Source: Calditrichia bacterium
GTDB taxonomy: Bacteria; Calditrichota; Calditrichia; RBG-13-44-9; J075
DNA: 64,000 nt
Direction of reading: 5' to 3'
Assembly (NCBI GenBank): GCA_050633245.1
Contig: JBOEGD010000011.1
Span: 96,001-160,000 of the forward strand
The notes under the pieces are model-generated. The model worked only from the letters and a program-made list of their open reading frames with translations. It ran no database searches and was not told the origin of the DNA. Below are positions 38,201-48,234 of this stretch, in pieces; within the stretch, counting starts at the first letter, position 1, and every line of letters starts with the position of its first letter. Made by a program: the position numbers and the translations under genes.

Positions 38201-39200
38201 CTATTTAAATTACTTCCTGGAGAACGCCGAGCTTATAGTTTCTACAAAAAACCTGACAATTCGCGGAAAAGATACACTGCTTATCGCTGGTGATGTTGGT
38301 GTTGGAGGAGGTGTAAACTTCGATTTTGTTGAATCTGAAAAAAACCTGTTGCTTGCCCCCACTGTTCGTGAAACAGCGCCATTTTTTCGTTACGAAATTG
38401 AAGTCGACTTATTGCCGGGATTTTACATTCGCAATGAGGATAATTTTAACAATTTTGACTTTCAGGTTAGCGGCAAAATGGGCGTACTATTAGAGCCAAG
38501 GCAACTGCTTGAGTATCGTGGTTCACTTGATGTCGAGGGGAAATATCTTATTCAGGGAGAAGTCTTCGGCATCAAAGACGGAAAGATCAACTTTGTAAAT
38601 CCTAAAGAACTGCCCGAGCTGGATATCGCTGCCAGCAAAAGGAAGAGCAATTATACCTTCGAGCTGAAAATAACCGGTGCATTAGACAATCCGCAGAAGG
38701 ACATTACCGTTATCGACAACAACGGCAATGCTTTACGAGATATGGACACCAAAGATGAAATGGCTCTGTTGTTGTTTGGCGTAACATTTAACGAACTGGG
38801 AACTGGAACCGATTCATTGTTGCTGCTAAAAGGCGAAGAGTTGCTTGCCCAAACGGTTTTGTCTATGCTTGAGCGTGAGACCCGAAGTTATACCGGTTTG
38901 GATCAGGTGAGACTGGATGGACAGAGTTCCTATTTTGAAAGTGAGCTAAATAAAAAAAATACGCCAACGCTCGCATTGGGTAAATACATAACGCCAAATT
39001 TATATTTGGAATATCGCTCTGCACTAGAATCTTCCGGGTTTGGTAACATACCGCGACCATCTCTGTCGTGGGAAGAGGGCAATCAGATATATTTACAGTA
39101 TCGTTTAAACCGCAACTGGTCATTTTCGACGTCATACGAGACAACGCAGGAAGGTAATGAAAAAGTTAAGCTGGACATCAGCTGGCGACTCGAATTCTAA
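35220..39200 (+). CDS. tamB: TamB/AsmA-like translocation-assembly protein
   Basis: N-terminal TM anchor, long beta-rich body and DUF490-like C-terminus (LGKYITPNLYLEY...YRLNRNW). ATG 35220 is the likely start. Confidence 0.8.
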   Translation: MWNKFKKTLLVLIVLLLLVCIGFVVLYSFTSVVDRNVLALVNRLAGEKVEVHFDDLSGNLMRQLRLTNVHVVVEGDTLASSPKIQFEYKILDIIRQKYHLANLDITSPKVGIRLSDAPPDSTSKPLDVFFEFLGASPEIEIKRLGIDDGRFRWSSKDTSDEVRDINLQLAVTISDSQIYLQPQRVSAIWASQNLELQDLKFRLNGTKSLIVLQEFSAQIPGAMLTGNGRLKRFPEPNLLLKVDKSRVDASFVKTFVDSLPFTTGFVELSGVLEGDIRRFDGRLFALGELDSLAITSLESNFERDYSWFKLSNLNLRSSAGNVQGDLDLSRRNGIRSDLKMQKLALKKTGFVDLPIVLDGKVNFDSDSWDFTKANGDGVVTLFEPRFGEINADKLLASLIVSDGNWKIGDESRIIFSDSAVVQIGGEISADSLSTSLTSESFALNPLLTGLGVKGIDGWGSINLDLIGKTANPALSGWVFLDSLLYSSVTVYGVDGEVQVDSLFSNPQGSAELELATGFVSNVFLTHGALSGTFIGSDLLIDSLKFLSKENSIIVGGNVNVSSDSTIINLPRVELLWQNYALKASEPQMLRWARDTLFVEVLNLNNPAAGGTVTGSGFWCFNESRTVFNTQLLDIPIDPVNDYHYLRYELNGKVDSDIEFYGIIDSLEILAGMELDSLKLVHRDSIIAPQDLGKLQSEILFSANRLGINFLNYEQDENSFLTLNGSMDLTLQGGDTLEEAPLDINMIAERIQLERYRPFLRTNFPLEGTVSGRAELSGTTVLPELNMRITGRNLRYADYIMPELRMKLMGDTSGVVLDSGYADYIDTDVYFTGRKNIDWDPENVQQIFEDSTFELSATIQEDSLNFLNSINPELDIVVGDIQARVDLGGTFQDPTVVDAQIQLRNGKLYLARLQNSIDDVELTANLTAPELMTFAVNGNSLRPQKTGNFLKRWFSGIWTSLDRGEEGGEVSARGTVDLTDILRPKVDVAVKANQTYLNYFLENAELIVSTKNLTIRGKDTLLIAGDVGVGGGVNFDFVESEKNLLLAPTVRETAPFFRYEIEVDLLPGFYIRNEDNFNNFDFQVSGKMGVLLEPRQLLEYRGSLDVEGKYLIQGEVFGIKDGKINFVNPKELPELDIAASKRKSNYTFELKITGALDNPQKDITVIDNNGNALRDMDTKDEMALLLFGVTFNELGTGTDSLLLLKGEELLAQTVLSMLERETRSYTGLDQVRLDGQSSYFESELNKKNTPTLALGKYITPNLYLEYRSALESSGFGNIPRPSLSWEEGNQIYLQYRLNRNWSFSTSYETTQEGNEKVKLDISWRLEF

Positions 39201-41061
39201 AACAATTCTAGTTCTGGCGACCGTTCTTTTGCTGACGCTTTCCTGCTTTGCTCAGGAGAAGCTGAAGGTAGTGGACGTACTTTTTGAAGGGAATGCATCT
39301 ATTCCCGCCGAAGAGTTTAAACGAGTGATCAAGTCGCGAAAGGGGCTGGAATTTAATCAACGTGTTCACCGCGTAGATCGCACTCTTCTAACGAATTATT
39401 ATCAACTCCGCGGATTTCTAAAAGTCTTTGTCGAGGTTGAGTATCGCAAAGAAGGCGATAAGATCTTTGTCGTTTTTCTGATATCTGAAGGGGTTCGCTC
39501 TTATTTGAAAGAGATCGTTTTTTTCGGTAATGAAAGTGTCGACGAAAATACGATACGTGGAATGTTTGCCATCAAAAACGGTGATGTCTTTCGTCGCACT
39601 GCTATAGACAATGGGTTGAATACGCTCGAGCAATATCACCTCAACAATGGCCGCCCTTATGTGGTGCTGACTGATAGAGAAGATGTGGAGTCTGATTCAC
39701 TTGTTACGGTTCAAATATATATTCATGAGGATGATAAAGTTGTTATTGAAAAGATTCGCTATACCGGCCTAGACAAGGCAAAGCGTTTTTTGTTACGGCG
39801 GGAAATGGATATTGAGGAAGGTGAATTTTATTCGCGAACAGCAATAAATCGTTCTCAGAGCAATATCTATAGCACCGGCTTGTTCGAGCTGGTTAATTTT
39901 CGCCTGGCCCCGATCGAGGATGATCGCTCTCGCGTGGCGCTTACCTGGCAGCTGACGGAGAAAAAGGTGCGCTGGACAGGTCTGCGTTTTGGTGTGAGCC
40001 ACGAAGATGCTCAAAGTGATGTCATAACTTTCGACTTTACTCTGGAAGGCGGTCATCGAAATCTTTTTGGTACTGCTCGCAGTATTTCAATGCGTGCCGT
40101 GCCGTCAATTTACTATGGCCGTGTCCAGGAAGGCGGGAATCGCAGGCTGCTCAATCCACGGAATGAATACACCTTTACTTTTACAGAGCCATGGGTTTTC
40201 AATACCCGAACACCGGGACAGTTTTCCGTCTCTTATGCCCAGCAGGCGCAACCTGTGGCAACGCGTGAGTTAACTACTTTCTCCACCTCATGGAAGCTCA
40301 GCCATAAATTCCGGAACAATTGGTATTATACAGGTGGAATCGGTTTTGAGCGGGTAAAAACTGCTTCCGATACGCTACGCATTCAGATCGCTTCCGGGCA
40401 GGACTTGATATATTCCATCTACATCGATCCGGTAAAGGATCAGCGTGATAACGTGCTGAATCCACGACGCGGCTATCTTACCGAATTGCGTAATAAGTTT
40501 GTGTTTAGTACCAGCCCTGATTCTGTTGATGGCGAAGAGGTAAAGATTCGCAATACGTTCTACAAAGCAAAATTTCAGTGGGCACGCTATCAAAAGTTTG
40601 CACTCTATAAACCGTGGGTTTTGGCAACCCGGATTGGATTTGGTGGAATAATTGGATTGGGTGACAGTAGACCGGTCACACAAATTCCCATTACGGAACG
40701 ATTTTATGTTGGTGGCGCTTCCAGCGTGCGGGGTTATGTTGAAAACGGCATTGGAGATTCCGTAACCGACGGTGATGGGAATGAGGTGCCGATTGGCGGC
40801 AAAACAGAGCTGGTTGCAAATGCGGAACTGCGAATGCCACTGTTTTGGCTATTCTATGGCGAGGTCTTTATCGATGCCGGTAATGTTTGGAAGTCGTGGG
40901 AATCTATGCAAAAAAACTTTAGCCTGAAAGCGGGTAGCGGTGCCGGTCTTGTTGTTGTTACTCCGTTCGGGCCTATTCGCTTTGACTATGGTGTAAAACT
41001 CTTCCCGGAACAGGGCGAGTCTTTTGGTGAATTTCACATCGGAATTGCCTTTGCTTTCTAA
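39157..41061 (+). CDS. Omp85-family (TamA/BamA-like) protein with about 3 POTRA domains
   Basis: POTRA motifs (F.GN), HRNLFG, RFYVGGASSVRGY, TPFGPIRFDYG and terminal F. Confidence 0.88.
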   Translation: MKKLSWTSAGDSNSKTILVLATVLLLTLSCFAQEKLKVVDVLFEGNASIPAEEFKRVIKSRKGLEFNQRVHRVDRTLLTNYYQLRGFLKVFVEVEYRKEGDKIFVVFLISEGVRSYLKEIVFFGNESVDENTIRGMFAIKNGDVFRRTAIDNGLNTLEQYHLNNGRPYVVLTDREDVESDSLVTVQIYIHEDDKVVIEKIRYTGLDKAKRFLLRREMDIEEGEFYSRTAINRSQSNIYSTGLFELVNFRLAPIEDDRSRVALTWQLTEKKVRWTGLRFGVSHEDAQSDVITFDFTLEGGHRNLFGTARSISMRAVPSIYYGRVQEGGNRRLLNPRNEYTFTFTEPWVFNTRTPGQFSVSYAQQAQPVATRELTTFSTSWKLSHKFRNNWYYTGGIGFERVKTASDTLRIQIASGQDLIYSIYIDPVKDQRDNVLNPRRGYLTELRNKFVFSTSPDSVDGEEVKIRNTFYKAKFQWARYQKFALYKPWVLATRIGFGGIIGLGDSRPVTQIPITERFYVGGASSVRGYVENGIGDSVTDGDGNEVPIGGKTELVANAELRMPLFWLFYGEVFIDAGNVWKSWESMQKNFSLKAGSGAGLVVVTPFGPIRFDYGVKLFPEQGESFGEFHIGIAFAF

Positions 41062-41087
41062 AACGAGAATTGCAATCGGAGACTATT

Positions 41088-41663
41088 ATGGCTGATAAGA
41101 AACGTTTACTTATAGATGTTGACGGTGTGTTACGAGATTTTATTGGCTCTTTAACGCAGGTTTATAAACGCGAACATCCGGGCCATGTTGTCGGTGAGGT
41201 CGATTCACGTCGGCTCGAAGATTTTTATCCGATTGGAAAGGCTATTTATTCATTTATGGATGAGCAGTTTGCCGGTGAAATTCTCAGAGATGCACCTGCG
41301 CTTAAGGGGGCAGCAGATTCAATGCGCCGGTGGGAGGCAAAATTTGAACTTTGCATTGCTACCAATCAACCGCCGGCCGGTCGCTTTCCCACATTAGAGT
41401 GGCTTGGAAAGCATCACATTGCCTGTAATACCGTTTACATAAAACGCGACAAGTATTTGCTGGATGGCTATGCGTTATTGGATGATTTTGTTGACAATCT
41501 TACTGCTTTTGAAGCCACAGGTAGGCTGGCGGTCTGCCTCGATCAACCCTGGAACCAGCATTGGGATGGTCCACGCGTTTCAGATGTGGATTCGTTTTTT
41601 GCTTACGTTACTGAGCAGCTTCGCCTGGAAGAAGCTGCCAGTGACGGTCCCATGTTCGCTTAG
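41088..41663 (+). CDS. 5'(3')-deoxyribonucleotidase, HAD family (NT5C)
   Basis: IDVDGVL, LDD..DNL and PWN motifs; SD GGAG before ATG 41088. Confidence 0.8.
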   Translation: MADKKRLLIDVDGVLRDFIGSLTQVYKREHPGHVVGEVDSRRLEDFYPIGKAIYSFMDEQFAGEILRDAPALKGAADSMRRWEAKFELCIATNQPPAGRFPTLEWLGKHHIACNTVYIKRDKYLLDGYALLDDFVDNLTAFEATGRLAVCLDQPWNQHWDGPRVSDVDSFFAYVTEQLRLEEAASDGPMFA

Positions 41664-41665
41664 TG

Positions 41666-42781
41666 CTACTTGATCTGGTCGTAATAGGCTTGTTCTGTTA
41701 CCTCAGACCATCCGGAAACCTGCTTTTTAAAAGCGTTGAACGATTCATAAACTTTTTTGCTCATCGGGTCAGCTTCTGTCACCTCGGCAATAACGTTTTC
41801 CGCATGCTTACGTAATTCTCGAATGACATCTACAGGAAACGGCTGAATCTTTACGTTGCTTTCCTCGCGTATCTTTTTGAGATAGATACTGTTTTTTGCA
41901 TCGAACTCGGCAAGCATCCAAATGTTTGAACGTGCGGCTGCGGTTTTTAAAATTTCCTGCAAGTCTTCGGATAGCCCGTTAAAAGCTCCCTTGTTAAAGA
42001 ATATCTCTAAAATTGTTCCCGGCTCATGCCAGCCCGGATAATAGTAGTGACTCGCTATACGATGAAAACCCATGGTATAATCGTGATAAGGGCCTATCCA
42101 TTCGGTGGCATCAATTACTTTACGTTCAAGACTGGTGAAAATTTCACCTCCGGCAATAACAACTGCTGAGCCACCGGCTTTTTCAATGACTTTGCCACCG
42201 AGTCCGGGCATTCGCATCTTTAGGCCTTTGAAATCCTCGATAGAATTAATTTCCCGATTAAACCAGCCTCCCATTTGAACGCCGGTATTGCCTGCAGGCA
42301 TTGGCAGTAGATTAAACTTCTCATAGACTTCCTCCCAAAGCTTTTGCCCGCCGCCGGAATAGATCCATGCATTCATTTGCTGGGCATTCATACCAAAAGG
42401 AACAGCTGCAAAAAACTGACTTGCCGGCATCTTTCCAGCCCAATAATAGGATGCACCATGGCCGATTTGCGCAATACCCTGTTGAACTGCTTCAAAGCTT
42501 TCCAGTGGAGGAACCAATTCACCACCGCCATAGACCTTTATTTTGAGACGTCCGGCAGACATCTTTTCGACCCAGCGAGCAAACATCTCGGCGCCTTCGC
42601 CAAGCACAGGAAACCCCGGAGGCCAGGTCGTGACCATTTTCCATTCAACCGTCTTGTTTAGATTAATTGCAGGCGCTCCGGCAGACGTCTCTGAGGACGT
42701 GCAGGAAGTTATGAGGGCGCTACTGCTAAGTGTCGCAATAGATGCTTTTTTAACAAAATCTCGACGGCTCATTTTTTTCAT
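41666..42781 (-). CDS. TRAP transporter substrate-binding protein (DctP/TakP-like), Tat lipoprotein
   Basis: SRRDFVK, lipobox ITSC, GNTGVQMGGWF, KMRMPG and YYYPGWHEP motifs. Confidence 0.92.
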   Translation of the reverse strand: MKKMSRRDFVKKASIATLSSSALITSCTSSETSAGAPAINLNKTVEWKMVTTWPPGFPVLGEGAEMFARWVEKMSAGRLKIKVYGGGELVPPLESFEAVQQGIAQIGHGASYYWAGKMPASQFFAAVPFGMNAQQMNAWIYSGGGQKLWEEVYEKFNLLPMPAGNTGVQMGGWFNREINSIEDFKGLKMRMPGLGGKVIEKAGGSAVVIAGGEIFTSLERKVIDATEWIGPYHDYTMGFHRIASHYYYPGWHEPGTILEIFFNKGAFNGLSEDLQEILKTAAARSNIWMLAEFDAKNSIYLKKIREESNVKIQPFPVDVIRELRKHAENVIAEVTEADPMSKKVYESFNAFKKQVSGWSEVTEQAYYDQIK

Positions 42782-42934
42782 GCTTGATCTCCGGATGTGC
42801 TTTTGTCTTCAGAATTCAGATTAAATGCAGGTTGTCAGGCGTCATATTTAAGTTTAGCGGAAGGATGGCAATCCCGCAAGAGTTCAGAGATAAAAAGTGC
42901 TTGCAGCTGTGCCGCCAATTGCTTTTGTTTGCTC

Positions 42935-44044
42935 ATGGCTACGGACTATCTCAAAAACTTTCATGTTGTCAGCTTTCAGAAGAATCTGCTGAGTTGGTAT
43001 GATAGACATAAGCGCGATTTGCCATGGCGCCATTCGCGAGATCCTTACGCGATATGGCTTTCAGAAGTTATGCTACAGCAGACTCAGGTGAAAACCGTAA
43101 TTCCTTACTATAACAATTGGCTTCAGAAATTCCCTGGCATGAAGCAATTGGCGGATGCCGATTTAAATAGCGTGTTAAAGTCGTGGGAAGGTTTGGGATA
43201 TTATTCCAGAGCGCGACAGTTTCACAAGGCAATATGCCATGTGCATCATGAATTGCAGAGCGAAGTTCCGGATGACTATGATGTATTCCTCGAGCTTCCG
43301 GGGGTAGGAGAGTATACGGCAGCAGCTGTTCAAAGTATTGCCTTTGGAGGTGCCTATGCCGTTGTTGATGGCAATGTAAAGCGGGTTTTAGCACGTTTGT
43401 TCGAGATTGACCTGCCGGTTAACGTGGCGAATGCAAAAAAAACATTTCAGCAGATCGCAACAGAACTGCTGCACACACAGCGCAGTGGTGATTACAATCA
43501 GGCGTTGATGGAGCTCGGTGCCACAATTTGTAAACCAAGATCGCCGTTATGTAAAGAATGCCCTGTCGCCGATTTATGCGCGGTGCAACTCAATTCGAAC
43601 CAGCATGAGTATCCAAAGCGTAAAAAACGCAAACCTGTTCCCGTTTATCGTATGGCAACCGGAGTGGTTTATCGCAATGACCGCGTGTTAATCACCAGGC
43701 GTCCGGAGGATGGCTTGCTTGGTGGCCTCTGGGAGTTCCCGGGACGTAATGTTGAGGCCGCTGAAACGTCGAGTGCAGACTGTAAAGTGGCAATAAAAGA
43801 TGCTGTGAATCTGGAGGTTGAGGTAGGGGAGAGGATCGCGTCTGTTAAACATGCGTATTCGCATTTCAAAGTTGAAATGGATGTTTATAATTGCACATAT
43901 ATTGCTGGGGCAGTTGAGTTAAGTAAAGCTGTGGATTTCAAGTGGGTCTCAAAGGAGGAGCTGGCTGAATATCCATTCCCCGGAGTGAACAACAAATTTC
44001 TTCCACTAGTGATTGGCTCTTCCGGGAAAAAAGAAGAGCTGTAG
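42935..44044 (+). CDS. mutY: A/G-specific adenine glycosylase
   Basis: R.LPWR, SEVMLQQTQV, W.GLGYYSRAR, HhH LPGVGEYTA, VDGNV, C-x6-C-x2-C-x5-C Fe-S motif and GLWEFPG. Confidence 0.95.
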   Translation: MATDYLKNFHVVSFQKNLLSWYDRHKRDLPWRHSRDPYAIWLSEVMLQQTQVKTVIPYYNNWLQKFPGMKQLADADLNSVLKSWEGLGYYSRARQFHKAICHVHHELQSEVPDDYDVFLELPGVGEYTAAAVQSIAFGGAYAVVDGNVKRVLARLFEIDLPVNVANAKKTFQQIATELLHTQRSGDYNQALMELGATICKPRSPLCKECPVADLCAVQLNSNQHEYPKRKKRKPVPVYRMATGVVYRNDRVLITRRPEDGLLGGLWEFPGRNVEAAETSSADCKVAIKDAVNLEVEVGERIASVKHAYSHFKVEMDVYNCTYIAGAVELSKAVDFKWVSKEELAEYPFPGVNNKFLPLVIGSSGKKEEL

Positions 44045-44087
44045 TCAGTGCTGCCTGTAGTTTGTTTTCAAGCAGCAGATACCGGGA

Positions 44088-45134
44088 CTAGCTTAACAAT
44101 TCGCTAACGGAGCGCTTCATGTTAATGTTGAAAATGACTGAGGCGAATAGCTTGGCGACACTTACTTCGGTATACCACGGCGTTTGGTCAACAAACTCTT
44201 GACCATGAAAAACAGCATCTGTTCCTAAAACCATATCGAGCATTCCATCCTGATAGGCTCTGTCTAAACGATCTCTCGCATTTGCAGTAAAGAAAGGTAA
44301 GCTGGCCAACATCATGATCTTTTTGGCGCCTTTGTCTTTTAGCAGCTTTAATGCATTTACCAATGTGCCTCCCGTGGCAACCATGTCATCTACCAGCAGC
44401 ACTTCCTTATCTTCGACATTGCCAACCAGCCTCATGCTTTCAATGGTGCTGACATTGGAATAATCTCGTGCCTTATCGACAATCGCCAAATCGATCCCTA
44501 AAACCTTTGAGTAAAAGCGAGCTCGTTCGGCACTTCCGACGTCCGGACTTGTCACAATCATATTTGCCGGATCGATACGCATAATGTCTTGCAAATAATC
44601 GATAAAGACGCGCGACGCATGTAAATCTTCCAATTTGGCTTGAGCAAAAAATCCCTGAATGGCTTCGGAGTGAATATCGAGGGTAATTACTCGTTTTGCT
44701 CCAGCCATTTCCAGCATGTTTGCAACCAATTTCGCCGTTATTGCCTCGCGCGTTTTGCGGCGTTCCTGACGCGAGTAAGGATATTGTGGTAGCACCACCG
44801 TGATATGATCGGCGTCGGACTGATAGCAGGCATGGATTGCGGTAATTATAGACATGAGGTTATCGTTAACGGTGCGGTCGGTGAGCGGGTCATCGATACA
44901 CTGAACAATATAAATGTCGTCGCCTCGAATATTTTCATCTACAACTATTTTTACCTCGCCATTGGGAAAGTGCACATCCGAGGTGAACTTTAGCCTGTGT
45001 GTAAGAGCCAGGTCTTCTTTCCTTGAAATACGATTTAGCTCTTCTACAATTCTTCCGGCAAAGCCACGGCCGGAATCACAGGCCATTACGGAAAGATTAC
45101 CACGGTTGTTTTGTAACGAATTTGCGTCACTCAT
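44088..45134 (-). CDS. prs: Ribose-phosphate pyrophosphokinase
   Basis: F.NGE, PYSRQE, LDIH...IQGFF, SPD.G and VDDMVATGGT motifs. Confidence 0.93.
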   Translation of the reverse strand: MSDANSLQNNRGNLSVMACDSGRGFAGRIVEELNRISRKEDLALTHRLKFTSDVHFPNGEVKIVVDENIRGDDIYIVQCIDDPLTDRTVNDNLMSIITAIHACYQSDADHITVVLPQYPYSRQERRKTREAITAKLVANMLEMAGAKRVITLDIHSEAIQGFFAQAKLEDLHASRVFIDYLQDIMRIDPANMIVTSPDVGSAERARFYSKVLGIDLAIVDKARDYSNVSTIESMRLVGNVEDKEVLLVDDMVATGGTLVNALKLLKDKGAKKIMMLASLPFFTANARDRLDRAYQDGMLDMVLGTDAVFHGQEFVDQTPWYTEVSVAKLFASVIFNINMKRSVSELLS

Positions 45135-45927
45135 GATTTTCCCTTGGAAAGTGTTTTGATAATATATTGGTTAGCTGATTATGAGGTTCTTTTGAGGTTG
45201 CGATAACGCACCCGTTTTTTAGCGAGTTGTTTTTCCCGTGAAAATCGGTGACGGTTGCACCAGCTTCCGAAGCGATCAGCATGCCGGCGGCAATATCCCA
45301 GGGGTGAAGGCCGAGTTCCCAATAGCCGTCCATTCGTCCACAGGCGACGTAGCACAAGTCGAGTGCAGCTGAGCCCAGCCGGCGTACGCCGGCACATTCA
45401 TCGAAAATGGTTTGAAAGGCGGCCATATACGCACTCAGAACATCTTTGCGTTGGTGAGGGAAGCCTGTCGCCATCAGCGCACGATCTAACCCTACATGGC
45501 TACATTTAATTGGCTCGCCATTGAGCATGGCTCCATTGCCAGCTGCTGCGGTGAATAGCTCATTTTGTTCCGGGTTATAAACAACGCCGACAAAAGGCTT
45601 TCCTTCAAAATACACACCAATTGAAACACAGTAGAATGGGATTCGCTGTATAAAATTCCGGGTTCCGTCCAGTGGATCAATAAACCATTCAAACGAACTG
45701 CCCGTTTGTTCGCCGCTGCCTTCTTCGGCCATGATGCTGTGATCCGGGAAGTGTTTTAGAATCTGTTTCAGAATGATTTGTTCGGAAGTGCGATCGACGT
45801 GGGTTACAAAATCGTTGCGTGTTTTTTCATCCGGTTGGAGGCGACTGTTGCGCTGGCTCAGTAAGTACGCACCGGCCTCATTCGCTATGGAAGTAGCAAC
45901 TTCCAGAATTTTTTGTCTTTGCGACAT
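45127..45927 (-). CDS. suhB: Inositol monophosphatase family protein
   Basis: DFVT.VD, IDPLDGT.NF, RRLGSAALDLCYVA.GR and PWDIAAG motifs. Confidence 0.9.
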   Translation of the reverse strand: MSQRQKILEVATSIANEAGAYLLSQRNSRLQPDEKTRNDFVTHVDRTSEQIILKQILKHFPDHSIMAEEGSGEQTGSSFEWFIDPLDGTRNFIQRIPFYCVSIGVYFEGKPFVGVVYNPEQNELFTAAAGNGAMLNGEPIKCSHVGLDRALMATGFPHQRKDVLSAYMAAFQTIFDECAGVRRLGSAALDLCYVACGRMDGYWELGLHPWDIAAGMLIASEAGATVTDFHGKNNSLKNGCVIATSKEPHNQLTNILSKHFPRENHE

Positions 45928-46236
45928 CTTTTTTGCCCGCTGGCCGATACGGTAAATTCTAGCTACGACTTGCTGTCGTAATTGCTGGAAGGTATAAAAA
46001 AAATATATAATCCACCAAGAAAAAATGAAGTTTCAAAAGCAGGCATATTTCCGCAATGTTACTGTAAGCGAGATTGTAGCGGTAGTTGTGATTTTTAGCT
46101 TGTTGCACTGGAAAAAATGTTCATATATTTTCACTTATATCCGAAAATATATTCAGTCGAAATTTGACACACCAAAACGCTCGGCTGCTGTAAATACGCG
46201 AAACTCAATCTACAAAACCTCCACGGGAACTCTCAT

Positions 46237-47967
46237 ATGAATAATGACATACGCAATAAAGCTGAAGTATGGCTTGGAAGTGCTTACGACTCTGAAACAA
46301 GTGACCAGGTGCAGAACCTAATTGATAATGATCCAAAAGAGCTGGCAGATGCATTTTATAAAGATCTTGAGTTTGGTACCGGTGGTCTTCGTGGAGTTAT
46401 GGGAGTTGGCACCAACCGAATGAATAAATACACGGTTGGAATTGCTACGCAGGGATTAGCAAACTATCTGCGCCGCGCCTGCGCCGACCTGGATGAGATT
46501 AAAGTTGCCATTGCCTATGATAGCCGCAACAACAGTAGCTATTTTGCCGAAGTTACAGCCAACGTGCTGTCTGCCAATGGTATTAGCGTTTATTTGTTTG
46601 AGAAACTTCGTCCGCTGCCGGAATTGTCCTTTACAATTCGACATTTGGGTTGTCAGTCTGGTGTTGTGGTTACCGCATCGCATAACCCGAAAGAATACAA
46701 TGGGTATAAGGTTTTCTGGGAAGACGGCGCGCAGATCGTTCCGCCGCATGATAGGAACATCATTGGCGAAGCTGGCAGTATTGAAAAAATTGAGGACGTG
46801 AAGTTTGACGGCAATCCAGCGCTGATTCACTCAATCGGTGAAGAAATTGACGCAGCTTATCTGGCTGAACTAAAGAAACTCACATTATCTCCCGAGTCTA
46901 TCGAAAACCATAAGAACCTAAAGATTCTCTATACGCCACTGCATGGTTCCGGAATCATGCTGGTGCCTCAGGCGCTAAAGGCATACGGATTTGAAACGCT
47001 TCTGCGCATACCGGAACAGGAAAAGCCAGATGGCAACTTCCCAACGGTATCCTACCCTAACCCGGAAGAACCCTCAGTATTTAAGATGGCGCTGGAAGTT
47101 GCAAAGAAGGAAGATGTTGACCTTATTATGGCTACCGACCCCGATGCAGACCGAACGGCAGTCGTCGCAAAAAATACATCGGGCGAATACACTATTTTAT
47201 CAGGCAATCAAACTGCGGCAATTCTCAGTTATTATTTGCTTACCAAGTGGCAGGAAAAGGGGCGTCTTAAAGGCAAAGAGTTTATCGTTAAGACTATCGT
47301 GACAACCGAACTGCTTCCTGAAATAGCCAAGGCGTTTAATGTAGAATGTTACGATGTACTTACCGGTTTTAAATGGATTGCCGATGTCATTCGTCGCAAT
47401 GAGGGAAAGAAAACCTTTATTGCCGGGGGTGAAGAAAGTATCGGATTCTTAATCGGTGACTTCCGACGAGATAAAGACGGTGTGTCTACATGTGCGATGG
47501 TTGCCGAAGTTGCTGCCTGGGCTGCGGATCAGGGCAAGACGTTATATGAACTGATGATCGAAATATACTCCCAGTATGGTCACTATAAAGATCGGTTGAT
47601 CTCCCTGGTTAAAAAGGGTGCAGACGGCGCAAGCGAGATTAAACAGATGATGGCAGATTATCGCAGCCAGCCGATGAGCGAGATAAACGGAAGTAAGGTG
47701 ATTGCTCTTAAAGACTATCAGTCCGGAATAACAAAAAATCTGGTTACCGGTGAAGAGCAGGTTCTTGACTTGCCGAAGTCTAATGTGCTACAATTCTTTC
47801 TTGAGGATGGCAGTAAGGTCAGTGTGCGCCCGTCCGGTACTGAGCCGAAAATCAAATACTATTTTGAAGTTCGAGGGCAGTTCAACAACGTTGCGGATTT
47901 TGATAAAGCTGAGGCCGCTCTTGTTGCAAAACTTGATGATCTTGTAGCATCTTTAGGGCTTTCCTGA
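46237..47967 (+). CDS. pgm: Phosphoglucomutase/phosphomannomutase
   Basis: FGTGGLRG, TASHNP, DPDADR, GEES and RPSGTEPKIK motifs. Confidence 0.93.
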   Translation: MNNDIRNKAEVWLGSAYDSETSDQVQNLIDNDPKELADAFYKDLEFGTGGLRGVMGVGTNRMNKYTVGIATQGLANYLRRACADLDEIKVAIAYDSRNNSSYFAEVTANVLSANGISVYLFEKLRPLPELSFTIRHLGCQSGVVVTASHNPKEYNGYKVFWEDGAQIVPPHDRNIIGEAGSIEKIEDVKFDGNPALIHSIGEEIDAAYLAELKKLTLSPESIENHKNLKILYTPLHGSGIMLVPQALKAYGFETLLRIPEQEKPDGNFPTVSYPNPEEPSVFKMALEVAKKEDVDLIMATDPDADRTAVVAKNTSGEYTILSGNQTAAILSYYLLTKWQEKGRLKGKEFIVKTIVTTELLPEIAKAFNVECYDVLTGFKWIADVIRRNEGKKTFIAGGEESIGFLIGDFRRDKDGVSTCAMVAEVAAWAADQGKTLYELMIEIYSQYGHYKDRLISLVKKGADGASEIKQMMADYRSQPMSEINGSKVIALKDYQSGITKNLVTGEEQVLDLPKSNVLQFFLEDGSKVSVRPSGTEPKIKYYFEVRGQFNNVADFDKAEAALVAKLDDLVASLGLS

Positions 47968-48132
47968 TCCTAATGTTTTATGTCTCCAGCGCTCTGAAAT
48001 AGTATCGAGCGCTGGAGCTTGTAAAAAGCGCCCTTTTTTGTATTCTGTCTAACAATTATGCCTTTGCCTTCCCCTTATCTTCAATAGTTCTCACTTATCT
48101 ACATAAAAACGCAGTCTCCGGCATATTTTTGT

Positions 48133-48161
48133 TTGCTTATATTGTCATGTAATGCTATTCT
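48133..48161 (+). promoter_or_regulatory. sigma70-type promoter of the first S8 protease
   Basis: TTGCTT-17 nt-TATTCT with an extended TG. Confidence 0.55.
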
Positions 48162-48234
48162 TTTAAACTAGCGACCTTAATTTCCACATTCCGCTCTCGC
48201 ACTTAAACAAATCTTCGTTATTTGGAGACTTTTT

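Noticed and set aside
42797-42934. Cys-rich N-terminal extension on MutY
   Set aside because: An artefact of longest-ORF calling. It covers the divergent promoter region, and the MutY-like sequence begins near ATG 42935.
48113-48230. AGTCTCCGG/TTGGAGACT long-range pairing over the SD of the first S8 protease, which suggested a shared leader for all CTD proteins
   Set aside because: A good sigma70 promoter (48133-48161) lies between the two arms, so the 5' arm is probably not transcribed with the gene.
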